A DNA stretch of 64,000 bases from the NCBI GenBank assembly GCA_000165425.1, contig CT868671.1, forward strand, positions 315,027 through 379,026, given 5' to 3'. A program made the translations under genes and the position numbers. The DNA comes from Paramecium tetraurelia (taxonomy: Eukaryota). Each line of letters begins with the position of its first letter. Positions within the stretch are counted from its first letter, which is position 1. This document shows positions 1 to 13,530 of this stretch, piece by piece. The notes beneath the pieces were generated by a model. The model was not told where the DNA came from, made no database searches, and saw only the letters and a list, made by a program, of their open reading frames with translations.

Positions 1-1066
1 TACATTAAGATAAGAAATGGTAATAATTCTAATCTATTTAAAGCATTCTTTATTGGAAATTCATTAAAATTGTAGCGATTTTACAATATTTACTAAGAGT
101 GGTACCTAATATGCCTTACATAAGAGTCTTATAAAAGTTAGATGCCCAATTTTATTGTAGTTTCAAAATCTGCAGTTTTCAGATATTCTGGTTTAAATCC
201 TGATAAAATACATTTATAAAGCAGAGTTAGCTTTGGATTTACTTAGTAAAGTTGAGATTAGAGAGGCTCTTTAATTTAGTGCTTTCATTTCTGATGAATT
301 GTTTGCCACTGCCATTATTTAATATTTCCTGATTGATTCAAGAGGCTAAAGCGATTATGATTTTATTGAAAAAGAGTTGTAACAAATTCAAGGTAAAGGC
401 AATTCTAGTGCACAGATTAATTTTCTATTGAAAAGTGTTTTGTAGATATTAGAATAGAGAAAACAAAAATAATTAGTCAATTTATTTCAACAACAAAGAA
501 TCATATTTAACAATGTTTCTAATTAAATAGTAATGAAATTTTATCAAGATATGAGAAAGTTATAGTATCATTCTGAAACTGATACAATAATTACTGCATA
601 GGATAAATAAATAAATGTACATTCATTTGTATTGGTTGCAAGATCAGAATACTTTAGAGAAATGATCCATTTTGAGAATGGAGTAATTCAGCAAATCTAG
701 GTTGACTTTGATCCATAGATTTTATAAAATATAATCAACTATCTTTATTGTGGATACTAGGCATTGTAAAGGTAAAATGAAGGGAATTTCGATCATTTAA
801 TCAATGCATTCAAAGCATCTAGTTATTTCATGTTGAGTAACTAAACATTTCTATACTTGATCTAAGAAGGAATGGCTGAATTTATAAGTAAAGACAATGT
901 ATTTGATTTGGCTGAATTAGCAGAGCAATTGAATGCAACATATTTACTTTATGAATGTTGTACTTTTATTTCTGAAAACCTAAAAGGAGTATCTTTATCA
1001 GATTTGAGAAAACTATCAAAAGAAGTATTAATTCGTGTTCTTGAAGTAATAGGATAGAAATAATGA
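1..1066 (+). CDS. BTB/POZ-domain protein, 3' part (5' end outside window)
   Basis: Code-6 frame reads TDTIITAQDKQINVHSFVLVARSEYFREM...DPQILQNIINYLYCG (BTB), then ISKDNVFDLAELAEQLNATYLLYECCTFI (BACK-like). TGA at 1064-1066. Confidence 0.85.
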
Positions 1067-1098
1067 ATATATAATTAACATTATCAAAATTTAAAGTT

Positions 1099-2377
1099 TC
1101 AGTATAAAGTGGGTTTCTACATTTCTTTATGGTACTAGATAAATATTAATGAATACAAAAAAGTCTGCAGTTTTTCTGGGGATTAGATTTCCATCCTTTC
1201 TAACTTATAGAACACTAGTTTTATTTTGCATCAAAGATTTAAGATTGTTGTACAATTACACTGCTTCTTCGATCTAGGCTTCAACGCATTTATTTTTAGA
1301 AAAGCTTATCTAACTATTGTATGATTCCTTATGCTAATGAAACTAATTAAATGGATAAACTTACATAAGAAGTACTGTTATTTTTAGTAGAACTACACTC
1401 CACAGGAATTGAATTAAATTGGACTTTCAAAATAGATTTAACAGGAGTACTCTATTTCTTTTCATAAGTTGGAGTATCTTATTTAGATTGACTTCTATTA
1501 ATTTAGATAATAGGTTTAGGTATTTTCCTTTCGCTTTATACAATTTTGTTGGTCATATCTTTATTTTCAGATTCAACTGTATTTGTCTTGTTTATTGATT
1601 GATTGATTTTCTTTTCAGATGCACTCCTTAACTATAAAAAATTGTATTGTGTCTTGGGAGGTTGAGGTAGTTTCTTCAAACTGGAGCTTCTTATGACTCC
1701 TTTGAAACATTCAGCCTTTTTAGTGTAAGAAGCATCGGAAATCCGAGATTCTTTACTTGAAGGTCTCTATCTTAATTCAAAGTATGCTTTTGATTATTAT
1801 TGTTGTGATGAGCTGGGTCTTGAATTAGTTTTCGTAACTGATTCTTTAAGATTTCTTGGTTGTTAAGATAATTAAGATTTATTTAATAATTTCTCATTTT
1901 AAAAGTCTTTAGTTTCTCTAGTTAATCTTTAAATTTCTAGATCCAAATTACCTATATCTCTAAGCAACATCTTTTTGATACTAGGCTTTTGTGGTTTATC
2001 AATTAAAGGAGATTATTCAGGAGGGATTGGTTCAACAGGTTATTATATTTGATATTCGATTTCTTATTCTTGGGGTGGAGTTGGATTCCGCAGAGGTTAT
2101 TCTTCTTTAACAAACTATAATTTTTTAGATGGCTTTTAAGATGGTTAAGATGATTGCTTTTTAGTAGGATTAAAAACAATGAATTCTTGTTGATTGGGTT
2201 ATTGTTATTACTATTTGGATTGCTTTTTATTCTTTTAAGTATTTGCATTTTGGTATTGTTCTTACAAATTACCCAATAACTATTATTTTCTTAAGTAAAT
2301 TAGGATGTGTACCTTAATTCGAATTGAGCTGCAGCCTCCTCTTCACTTAATTTACTATATCTACCTTATTCTGCCAT
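1099..2377 (-). CDS. Hypothetical low-complexity Q/P/S/K-rich protein
   Basis: ATG at 2377 (MAEQGRYSKLSEEEAAAQFELR), 23-nt intron gtacac...ttaag, long code-6 frame, TGA at 1099-1101. Confidence 0.7.
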
Positions 2378-2424
2378 TCAGTTAAATAAATTAATAAGTA
2401 TATTGAGAGTGAATTAATTACAAT

Positions 2425-2432
2425 CCGTTTTT
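2425..2432 (+). promoter_or_regulatory. Candidate promoter element CCGTTTTT (copy 1)
   Basis: Starts 22 bp upstream of the ATG at 2447; same octamer precedes both trichocyst matrix genes. Confidence 0.35.
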
Positions 2433-2446
2433 ATTATAATAAAAAA

Positions 2447-5400
2447 ATGGTCAAACAATGCTATCTATTGATCACCTTATTGGTGATTGTCCATAGTCTG
2501 AATTATGGAACGGTTCTGATTCAAAATGAAGGGGGAGGACAAATTCAATCAAAAGTAATTCGTTTGATTAATCGAAGGAAATAATCTTCTCAAAACCGTT
2601 CTAGCAGATGCCTTAAGTTGCTATAGCACTTCTTAATGGTCGTGGAGACATTTTTGCAGAAATTCATGAGGTTAATCAAAGAAGGTACTCAAGTATCTAT
2701 TTAATAAAAGGATTCACATTACAGATGATGGCATCCGATGAGATTGAGGCTGAATTTGCCTATTTAGCCATAGAAAATGATGAGAACTATCAAATTGAAT
2801 GTTTCAATCGTATTGCTGTTGGAAATGAGATTCAAATTCCTCTAATCATCTAGAGACCAACATTTATTGGTGTTCTAGCTACCAATACACATGCAAACAA
2901 TTTCAATATTGGTAATTTATTGATGTAATTTGGCAAAGATCTACTTGATGGCAATCTCATTGTTGATAATGATGGAAAATTGAATATGTGTATAATCATC
3001 ACAAATGAGGAGCAACCCATTAGATCTGATTGGTTATGAGAATTATCAAGAACAAGAAGCAGCGGAATTTCATCCATTTAAAAAACAAAATGCCATGTAA
3101 CCCTTAAATATTAATTCAGCTTAGGAGCTTAGTATAAGCACAACAATCCCTTGAAATCACACATCTAGATCAGCATAAATCCTTTGAAATTTGGCATCAT
3201 CAATCTATTGAAATAATTAAGGATTCCTCAATTGAAGTATATCCAGCGCATAGATCTTTGGAAGTTGTGAATGATGATTAACCTAATCAACCAGAATTCT
3301 AATAGGAGGAATCATTAGAAATATTTAAATTGGATAATAAAGACTCACAATCAACATCTGATTAGAAATTAATTGTTGAAGACATCCGTCTCGACAACCT
3401 AAATCAAAATCTTGAATCTGAAAATACCCAACTTGAAGATATTAAATTGGATGATCAACCAATCGTTACTTAACAGTAAACAACTGTAGCTGTATCCGAT
3501 TAATTAGAAGATATTAAAATAGATCTTGAACCTACTAAGGAAACTGAATAATCTGAGATTATCCCTATTGGCGATTAATAATAATAAGTTGAATAATCAG
3601 AATAATAATAATAAGAAACTAGTTAATAATAATAGCTTGAAGATGTGAAGTTAGAATCTGAGGATGCTGGAAATAATTAAGAATCATAATAAATTAACTT
3701 GACTAAAGAAGAAGAAATCCATTTAATAACAAACTCAGAAGAATAATCAAATGCTAATATTGAATAAGTTAATGAATAAAAGGATCCTTACAATTAAAAT
3801 GAGGATGTTGAGAATTTACAATCTAATGTTGCCAGTAATACTAGCGATTAAGTGCTCTAATAAGAAGATGTCACATTTGATAACTAAGAATAAACTACTG
3901 TAAATTAATAGGAGGATTCAAAATAAGAGGTCTAAATTGAAGATATTAAATTAGATAATACAGATATATCTTCCATTAATGTTGATGACATTCCTCAATA
4001 ATAATAAGCCAAAGAAATTTAAAACGATTAATTATCTGTTTAATCTGAAGTGAAACCAATTGAGGATATATCAATCGCTGAAGATGTTGTTGTTCATGCT
4101 GATGAAGTAAAAATAGAAAATGTGAAGATCTCTGAATCAAATTTGGAGGATATAGTCACATAGTAATAGGCTCAAGAAGATTATACAAATAATACAGAAT
4201 AATAAGTTTAAGAGTAATAGGTTTAGGAGGATATTCAAGAGAATAATGAAATCGATGGGCAATCCGAAGATGTTTCAGTTGATCCTGATGCTTTCTCAGA
4301 ACCTTAATAAAAAGTCACTTAAATAAATGATGAGGATCTTCTTAAGCAAGAATCAGATATTGATGAAATGATTAGGTATGCTTAAGAATTGAAAGAGGAA
4401 GCTAAACAATTAAAAAATAAAAAAAGAGGAGAATAACAATTAGAAAAAATGGATATCATGGAAAAGGCAGCTTCTTTAGAGAAGGAAGTTAACTAGTTAG
4501 AAAATGAAAGTGAAGAACCTCAAGTTATAGAAGATTAAATAAGTTTAGATGTTAATTCTGCTTATGAAGATCAAAAGGAAATGTAAGTTGAATAGCCTTA
4601 GGAAGAATAACAACCTCCTGTAATTTATTTAAATGATGCTGGAGTCAATCCTGAGCAATAGTTAATAACATAAGAAATCAAGGGTGATGAAAAACTAATG
4701 ATCACTGAAAACTAATTATAGGAAGAGATTGATAAAGAATTGTAATCACAAGAGCAATAAGTGGAAAGCACATCTCAAATTGAAGAAGACGATGTCTAGA
4801 TTGTTGATGCTTCTATTAAGTTAGATGAAGATCATTAAGATATGGAAGTATATGAATCAGGTTAAGTGGATCTCATTCCTGATGAAACTTAATCTTAAGT
4901 TGAGGAAGTCTAATAAATTGAATAGCCTCAAGAATAAGTGGAAGTAGTTACTCCTCAAGAGGATTAGTTTTAGGATTAGGACACAACAAAAGAAGAAGGG
5001 GCTGTTGAAATTGGGTTGACAACAGATGAAGGAGAAGCATTTATTAGAAAACCTAAGAAATCTGATTTCTTAAGGGAAAAATAAAGATTAAAAGATAAAT
5101 TAACTAATGTGATCAGAGATTTTAAATTGGACACTGTTTAAAGTAATTCTTTGGATTCTGTAGTTGAAGCAGATAAATAATATTCATTGATTATTGATAG
5201 ATTAGATGTGCCTGAAAATAATGAATAAGTTATTGTGTTGAAGGATGATGATTATGAATAAAGTCAAATTGAACCAGAACCAGAATAAGAAGTCAAATAA
5301 CTTGGTGATTATTTGGAAGCAGTAGAACCAGATGTTGAAAATGTTAATTTTATCTATGATGATGAATAACAATAGGAATAATAAAACATTTAAATTGAAG

Positions 5401-7736
5401 ATATCAAATTAAATGATGATAATACAGATGAAGAAACCAATTACAAAATTGTTGAAGCCAAAGATGATGATCTTGAAGATGCCCCATTAGAATCTGTTGA
5501 TGATTCACAATAATAGTTCTTATCAACTGATGTGGCTGTTACTGCTGAAGAAACTTCTGCTTCTAATATTGAAAATTAGAGAGAGGATGAAGTTATTTCA
5601 TTCGATGAATTCCAAAAAGAACTTGAAGTCTTAGCTAATACGATTGGTAATATCAAATAAGAAAATGAGGAATCTAAACAGTCTAGTGACTATATTATTG
5701 TTAATGATAATAGTTAGGTCTATGAAGCCACTTATGATGAATAAAGCAATGAATTATCATAATAAGATGAACCTTAAGTTCAAGAGGATTAAAAGTAATA
5801 TTACTAAGGATTTGAGGATGATCAAAATATTGAACCTGAAATTTAGTAATCTGAAAATTAAGAATAATAATAGGAATAATAAGAATAATAGGAAGTTGAA
5901 TAAACATTTGATGCTCCAGAATAAGAAGCTGAAGATTAATCTTTTATGAATGAATAATAAGAATAAGAGGATGCTGCTTAATAAGTTGAAAGATATGATG
6001 ATGCTGAGCCTCAAGATTAATATTTAACTATTGACAACCTTGTCAAGGATAATTCTTCTTTTGGTGAATCTTATGAATAGCCACCCTAGTATTATGATGA
6101 ATCAGATAATCAATCAGTAGAATAATAGCCAGAGAATGAAGATGGAAACACTTTAGAATCTGATTATGATATTTCTGAATAATAATCATAAAATTAGGGA
6201 TATTAGTAATAATAATAGAACGATTATGATTAATAAGAATAAAAAGAATAAGAATAAGATTTTGTTGTTATGAAAGCAGAGTAATTTATACCATAGGTAT
6301 AAGATGAACCTCAGTAATAAGAATAATCATCTGATAATTAAAAAGAAGACGACATTTATTCAGAAACTCCTAGAGATGAAAATGAAATAGATATTATCGT
6401 AGATGTAGGAAATTTGTAAGATGATTAACCATAATTGAATGAGCAAGATTATGATTATGAAGACAATTTTGAAACTTAATAGCCAACATAGAATAAGCAA
6501 CCATAATAATAATAATAAACTTAATAATAATTATCATCAGATTCTATTTCTAATTAGAAACATAAATAAAAAATCTAGCATTCAATTACTATTTCTCATA
6601 ATCCTTAATAAGGTAATACTAAATAGAGTGAAAGATCTATCGAAGTATAGCATGAAGATAAATCTTTAAAGATCGAACATTAAGTCAATTAAGATGAGTT
6701 AAAGAAAGACTTAAAGGAATAATTAAAATAGGAACTTAAAGAGGAATTAAAATAAGAAATAAAGTAAGAAATCTAAGATTCTCATAATCGAAGAAAGTCA
6801 CCAAGTCTTGTCATTGAAGAGAATGTGACCAAAGATCCAGAAAGACCTGCCCAAAAGGCCATAAACAATTTTAACAACTTACTTAATGATGTTGTAGATG
6901 ACACCTTAAAGGAGGAAGGCAAAAAGCACTATTAGAAATTACCAATCGTAGATGTTAAGAGAGATAGCTTTAATAAAGTGGAACCAAAAATTGAATAAGG
7001 AATTGATGACTTAAAGAAAGCATTAGGATTAAAAGGAGGTTTAGAAGTTGTTGATAATAGTGGCAAGAAGTAAGTCATTAATGTTGATGATCTCAAAAAA
7101 GAGAGTGAGAAATTTTTAACTCGTCCAGAAAGAGATAATAAAAAGGATAGTCCTTAATATGAGGAATACCTAAAGAAAGTGACTGAAAAGACTTCAAAAA
7201 ATAATGATTAGATGAGTAATTATGAAGAATAACATAATATGAGAAAGTAGGAGATTTTAGAGAATATCAAGAGGGAGTTAGAAATTAAGAAGGGTCACAT
7301 CACAGTTCCAAGTGATTCTCCTCAAGGTAATGGTATTAATTTAAGCTTTAGCAGAGTTATCACCTTATGAATTCGAGAGAGTTTATTTGGATTGGGAAAA
7401 GAATAAACAGGACATCATTCCAAGCATGCTCTAACATTCAATTGAATAGCCTAGTATTTAGGAAATAAATTCTAATTCTGAATAAGTATCATAGAGATCC
7501 ACTGAGAGAATGTCTAAAAAAGAAGAAGTGGAAAAGGAAGTTTAAGAGTTACTATATGGAAACCAAAAGAATAGGAAATAGTAATCAAAATAATCTTCAA
7601 AGGGTAATTTATTTATTATAAATTTAAAGAGTTTAAAGTGGAAGATTTGAAATACATAAAGGATGATCCACTTTTAGATGCTACTTATAGTGGATTTGTA
7701 TAAGTGAAGGCAAATTTAAGAAAGAGATCACATTGA
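2447..7736 (+). CDS. Giant (~1720 aa) secreted D/E/Q-rich acidic protein with N-terminal H-type-lectin-like domain
   Basis: Signal peptide MVKQCYLLITLLVIVHS; IIFSKPFQQMPQVAIAL...EVNQEGFTL resembles H-type lectin; >1200 aa acidic region; five 23-26 nt introns; ends FVQVKANLRKRSH-TGA. One extra A near 2678 must be removed to keep frame. Confidence 0.8.
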
Positions 7737-7782
7737 TTAATATAAGTTTATAAATTAACAGAAAATAAAATGGAAAGAAAAA

Positions 7783-8049
7783 TCATTACTTCTTGGGCAA
7801 ATCCCACTTCTTTCTTTAAGTAACAGGGTAGTAGTCATCAGTTAATTCTGGATTTTTGATCTTTTCTTGTAAGAACTGCATCAGGTCGAAGTGCTATTCA
7901 CTTCTTACTTTAGCAAATTCTTCAAGTAAGTCATATAAGGATATATTTTTGAGTGTTTATGTTACATTTTATTTCTTTTAGCTTCTAGGTTTGGTAATAG
8001 AAGAAGGAATTGGAAGTCTTCTTCGGCAATGAGGACATTATTGATTCAT
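7783..8049 (-). CDS. Small hypothetical protein (88 aa) with N-terminal CxxC
   Basis: Single exon MNQQCPHCRRRLPIP...KNISLYDLLEEFAK...KKWDLPKKQ-TGA. Confidence 0.7.
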
Positions 8050-8067
8050 CAGAAAAATAAATTAATT

Positions 8068-8466
8068 TCATTGTTTAATTGATTCTTTAATTGATTATTC
8101 AAGTCCTTAAGTCACGTATGTCAATTTGGCATTAGACGGTAATTACACACAATATATGGTAACTGCAATCATGTTAGGGTTAAATCTGGGATAAAAAAAG
8201 GATTGCACTCCACAGGTCTTGCAAAAGTAATGCTTAGCCTATATACAGATTTGAGTCACTCATACTTGTTTGGTATTGAATGTGTACAGACTCAGTTCTT
8301 CCATACTTGTGAGCATTTTAAATTTGGAATCTTGAATCAATACATGATGATTTTGCTTCATTTTGCAGATTGAACAATGACATCTGATTACTTCCATCTC
8401 AAGGGGTCCTGTAAATTGAAATTACACCTTTTGGCAATGGCAACTTCCTGAATATTAATATTCCAT
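8068..8466 (-). CDS. GFA / CENP-V family zinc-binding protein
   Basis: YSGSCHCQKVQF, CHCSICK, YTFNTKQAKHYFCKTCGVQSFFYPR motifs; one 27-nt intron. Confidence 0.92.
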
Positions 8467-8484
8467 TTTCTTATTTTATTATAT

Positions 8485-9142
8485 ATGTAATCAGTGAGCT
8501 AAATCTCTAAATCTGATCCAACTCGTTATGGTGATTCATTTAAACCTACTGCAAAGAAAATGACTCATCGTTTGCTTTCACATTGCGATAGTGAGATGAC
8601 ACTTAAGAAAATGGACTTTACTTTGGCAGGAAATGGTAAACATGTCCCAGATTATAACATCAAATCAACTTAAGTAGAGACAAAGCAAATAGAACCATTC
8701 AAAATCAAGGATTTCATACCATAAATCAACCCATCAATCAAGGGGGAATTGAGTCGTCTAAATAAGAACAACTTTTTAGACTTCCTCTTAATATAAAAAG
8801 CTGGCAAAGTAAATATGACTAATTCATTATTGATAGTCAGGGGATCAGAAGTTCTTTGATCTATTGATTTAAGAATACAACTTTGACCCTTTTAAAAAAA
8901 CATTGAAGATGCAAGACAATAAATAATAAATTCAATATCTTCAAAAACGAGACGAAAGAGAAGAACAAATTGCTTTGCAAGTCAAGCAATTTTATAAACA
9001 TATGCAACACAAAAGAAGTGGCACAATCAATGATTAGCCTTTAGACCGAATGATCATAGAAAAAAATAATTATTTGATCCAAAAACTTCCACGCTTTAGA
9101 GCTAAATTAGAGGCTTTGTAAGGAAAAAATGATTATATATGA
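8485..9142 (+). CDS. Hypothetical protein
   Basis: MQSVSQISKSDPTRYG..., one intron gtaaatatg...gatag, TGA at 9140-9142. Confidence 0.7.
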
Positions 9143-9562
9143 TCAAAATATAGTAGAAGTAGTGTACTTATGAGTTGGGATGTAACCATGGTTTCGACGA
9201 ATAATTTTTTCGATTTCAAATATCACATGTATGTCAGTGTTTCGAACCTTAGGTTTAGTATGATGAGGTTTCATTTTTATTAATGAGAGTTATGGCAAAA
9301 AGTGTTTTTCATTTGAAGATTCCTTAATCTTTATGAATTTGTTGATATATTGTTATTTTACTGCTTGTCTTGGTGATAAACTATTCAATTTTAACTTAGG
9401 TAATTCACTTTTCTTTGCTGTTAATATCGTATGTATTGTATGATGAGTCTCTTTTATTTCTGTCTTTTCTTTATGTAATGGTACTGTAATCTAACTATGA
9501 TATCGTGAACGAGGTCTATAATCATCACTGCACCAAGGACTTAAGTCTTCATCAAAGTACAT
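9143..9562 (-). CDS. Hypothetical basic protein
   Basis: Single exon MYFDEDLSPWCSDD...YTTSTIF-TGA (139 aa). Confidence 0.65.
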
Positions 9563-10132
9563 TTATTTATCAAATTATTAATATTATGTCTGAAAATTTT
9601 ATATATTTATTTTCCCCACATTTGAGACACAACATAAAAATGTAGAAACCAATCAATAAATTAATATTATTCTAATTTTAGAAGGAAGGAATAATTTCTT
9701 ATAATTAGTTATTAACAAATTTAACAGATTAAGTTGATACATTAATGTTTCTCCGATATCATTAATTGAAGACAATGATTTTGAGTAATTTAAATTAAAT
9801 TCCAATTTAATAGTTATTTTCTTGGTAAGAATACATTAATTTGATTTTAATTATGTAAGAACTTCACGTTAAATTAATCCTAATTATTTTAAATTAAAGA
9901 TAACACTGATTCAATTGAAATCAATATAATGTGATTACTTTGAATATCTTTATAAATTTCCTATTTTGAAATTCTACCAAGTTCTAATTAAATTGAATTT
10001 AAATTTGTTAACTTAGGAATATCATAATGAATTATATTAATTAAGAATATAGTTAGTGAAATCTCTGACTTTACATTATATTCAATATTTACATAAATTT
10101 AATATTTATATAACAGCAATATATTTTGAATA

Positions 10133-11632
10133 ATGATAAGTTTAGATGAGATGGAGTCAGTTGCTAATTCATTTCGCAAAAAGCCAAAGAAAAATACATC
10201 AATGTAAATACAAACAGATGATACGATGGCCATGTTAGAAATTTTAGAAGCGGATATGAATAAATTTAGAATTGAAAATTTAAGGCTTTAACAATAGATA
10301 AAGCAATTATAAGAGAGTTTAGTTCATTGTTCTGTCAATGTTACGAATACATCTTCTAAATTTATGTTGCCAAGTGAATTTAAACTAAAATATGAAAATA
10401 TGGTCAAGGAAACACTTCCATCGGCATTTGGTTATCTTTTTGATTAGCCAAAAGTGCTAGTCTAAGTTGTTCAATAGAGTTGTCTCTTTTTAGAACATGT
10501 GATTAGAGAAGAACTAAATAATAAGACTTCACAAGTTGCTTCAATTCTTGGAATAAATTGTTAAGGATTATTCAGTCTTTTATAAAAGTTATATTAAGAT
10601 AATTACTAAAGTGTTTTAGGATTCAATGAAACAACAATAAACAAATTAAAATCACATTCTGAAAATTGAACATCAAAAACATAGATGAATTTATAGAAGA
10701 AGATAATGATGATCTGATTGAATGGATGAAATAATATTGGCTATTATTATCTTATATAATTCTGAGTGATTAAGAGATTAACATAGGTTTCAGTAGAGTG
10801 ATTTACGAAATAGTGTCATATCAAAAGAATGAATATTATTGTGTTGATGGTTTTGGTAAGGAAGGAGCGAAAAGTTTGGTCATTCTCCCTCCGATTATGA
10901 GAAAGAATCAATCCTTCAATGGAGTCAAACATGCAGTGTTGATTTTACCAAACAATTTCGATTGTTCAATATTTAGTTAAGAGAGCAATTTATAGGATAC
11001 TATTTAAGAGTTGAAGTCCTATAATTCACCGAAATAACTTACTATTCCTCAAGAGATTAAGGTTATTGAGGAGACTAAGAGAAGTAGTTTATAATATAGT
11101 GCAAGAGAGAACACATTTTAAAGCCAAGGATCTGAAAAATTTGATACTTTTGAGGAATGCAGAATTAAACCATAACAAAAGTAACCATTAAAATCAATGA
11201 AGGAAACTCTTAATAAATTAAACTAATATAATAATAGCAGCAATAATTAATCATTCAAAGAGATTTCAAAACTGCTTAAGCAAGACTCGAAAGACAATAG
11301 CAAATTTAGGTAAATTATTACTCATATTTAGTTAGTTAAACTATATTTAAAATAAGATTAGCGATAAAAATTGGAGTAGGATTCTAGCTAATAAAAGAAA
11401 CAAAGAAAACAATCAGCATCTCAATCAATCTTAATAACAAACACCTTAATTAACTATACAATAATTTATAAAGAAGATTAAGATAGATTTCTCTCGTCCT
11501 CTGAAGAGTCGTCATGAAGAATCAAAGTTCATTAAGTCACAATAGGATAGTTTCAGATAGAGAGCACAGTCGAATGATGGAAAATTTGTTAAATATTATA
11601 ATGATTCCTTTAATTAGAAGTTTAATAATTGA
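10133..11632 (+). CDS. Hypothetical protein with N-terminal coiled coil
   Basis: MISLDEMESVANSF... with FMLPSEFK and YYCVDGFGKEGAKSLVILPP segments; one intron near 11310; apparent 1-nt deletion in an A run near 10665. Confidence 0.7.
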
Positions 11633-11662
11633 TTTACTATTATAATTAATTATAACAGCTAA

Positions 11663-12891
11663 ATGAATAGACCCAATAGTCAGACTAATGAGTACTTTAA
11701 TTTAATTGAAAAATGCATATGTAGAATGTGTCCATCTATCTTTAGAAATTCCCAAGGATGATCGACTCTATCTAAGATAATGTGCATATTAAAACAATCC
11801 AGACATCATCTCAATCCTTTTTTAATATAAAAAGAATAATGGTATAAATTCTAATCCATAGAGACCAAAGAAGAATGTATATGGATTTACGCAAATTCTT
11901 GTAATAAAACAAATAGGTCCGTATTCTCTAAAAGAAATAATAACAATTCAAAGAAAATTTGAGAAATGGATCTCCTTAAGCCAAAAGCAAATAATAGTCT
12001 AGATAAAATAGTATAAGAAACAACAATCCCAGATCATTGAGCAAACAACTCTAATGTATCCACCAGACTGATAAATAATAACATTTGATAATGTATGTTA
12101 AAATTAAGAAATAAGGACTACTCCCCATAAATAATAATAAGATAGATTGTCTTAGAATTAAAAATTCCATACAAGTAGTGGAGGGTTCTTTAAAGAAGTT
12201 TAAAAATTCGATGAAACAATAAAGAAATCTCAAAGATAGAAAAAGTGGACTGAAGAAGAAATTGTGAGGAAATATGCTGATCTATTCACAGCACCTGATT
12301 TTCTTAAGAAACATAGAGCAATATCATAGGACACAGATCCAGATAGTAAAGATTATAATTTTGCAATTTCTTGTTAGAGTTTCATTTGCTAGCCTAAATA
12401 TTATGCTTTGTAAAAATTTAGAGCAGAACAAATATTTGGATTCATTTTTACGGAGACATCCTTGGATAAAATAAGCAAGAATTTCTTTTAGTATAAAATG
12501 GAAGCATTTTACAACGAAATAGATACTGAAATACCTGATCTACAAGAGATGTTTATTTTCATAGATAAAAACAATGATGGTTTTATAGATGTTAATGAAA
12601 TGGGATAGTTCTTAGATTTTGTATGTTAGAAGGAAGATAGAAAAAGTTTCTTGAAATTAGATTCAAATAATTAAGGATATTTTACAGAGCATTAAATGCT
12701 TCAATAAACAAGAGATCGACAATTAACAAGAAAGTATAAAACTAAGATTTATTTTAATAGCTACTTTTAAGAATATGATATAGAATAGACAGGTAGGATC
12801 ACTTATTGGGAATATTATCTAAGGTATTTATTTTTAATTTATTAGAAAAACTACTTAGCTCGGATAAAATTTAAATAAATTACTAAAATGA
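11663..12891 (+). CDS. EF-hand calcium-binding protein
   Basis: Loops DKNNDGFIDVNE, DSNNQGYFTEHQ and DIEQTGRITYWE; four short introns; TGA at 12889-12891. Confidence 0.8.
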
Positions 12892-12932
12892 AATTATATA
12901 TTATTAATTTTTCCGCAATTTTTTAATTTTAA

Positions 12933-13483
12933 ATGTGTTTGGAAGAAGTCTAGGATGATAAGGGATTGGAGAAATTTTTGAAAATGGCTACTAAATAGTA
13001 AGTCAATTCATTAAGTTTAGTTATGAGACAAAATATGGGACCCCTTAAAAAAATTTGAGGGAAAAGGCTATGACTTTGTGGTTGGATTTGCCGTCATTTA
13101 AAGACAAAATGATAGTTATGGAGTTTATGTAAAGGAAAATAAACAGGATTGAATCTTCGTAGACAAAAATTACTTAGTTTTTTAAATCTCACTCAAAACC
13201 ATCAGCAACCAAAATTTAGAGATAGATTGATTTAGGGGATGATTAAGATATAACAGGTCCATTGATAGGTGACAACACTCCATTGAAAAGAGATCGATCT
13301 CCATATAGCAAATTTTATGAAGAAACTTATTGGAAACTCAAATTAGAGTACGAATTTCTGAATTAGAAAGAGATAAGATAAATGGTTAAAAAATAATGGG
13401 ACAGTAATAGAGAAGATAATATAAAATATATGATTTTTTAGTTATGCATTACTTAGAAAGCAAAATCTTTTTTTTCTGTTTGA
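12933..13483 (+). CDS. HMG-box-like protein
   Basis: KRDRSPYSKFYEETYWKLKLEYEFLNQKEIRQMVKKQW matches HMG-box helix pattern; one 23-nt intron. Confidence 0.65.
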
Positions 13484-13530
13484 CTAACATATATATATTA
13501 ATAATATAATTTATTATAAAAATCGTTAAG

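Noticed and set aside
9586..9909. Code-6 ORF starting MSENFIYLFSP
   Set aside because: Extremely AT-rich, no recognisable motif, and code-6 ORFs of this length arise readily by chance.
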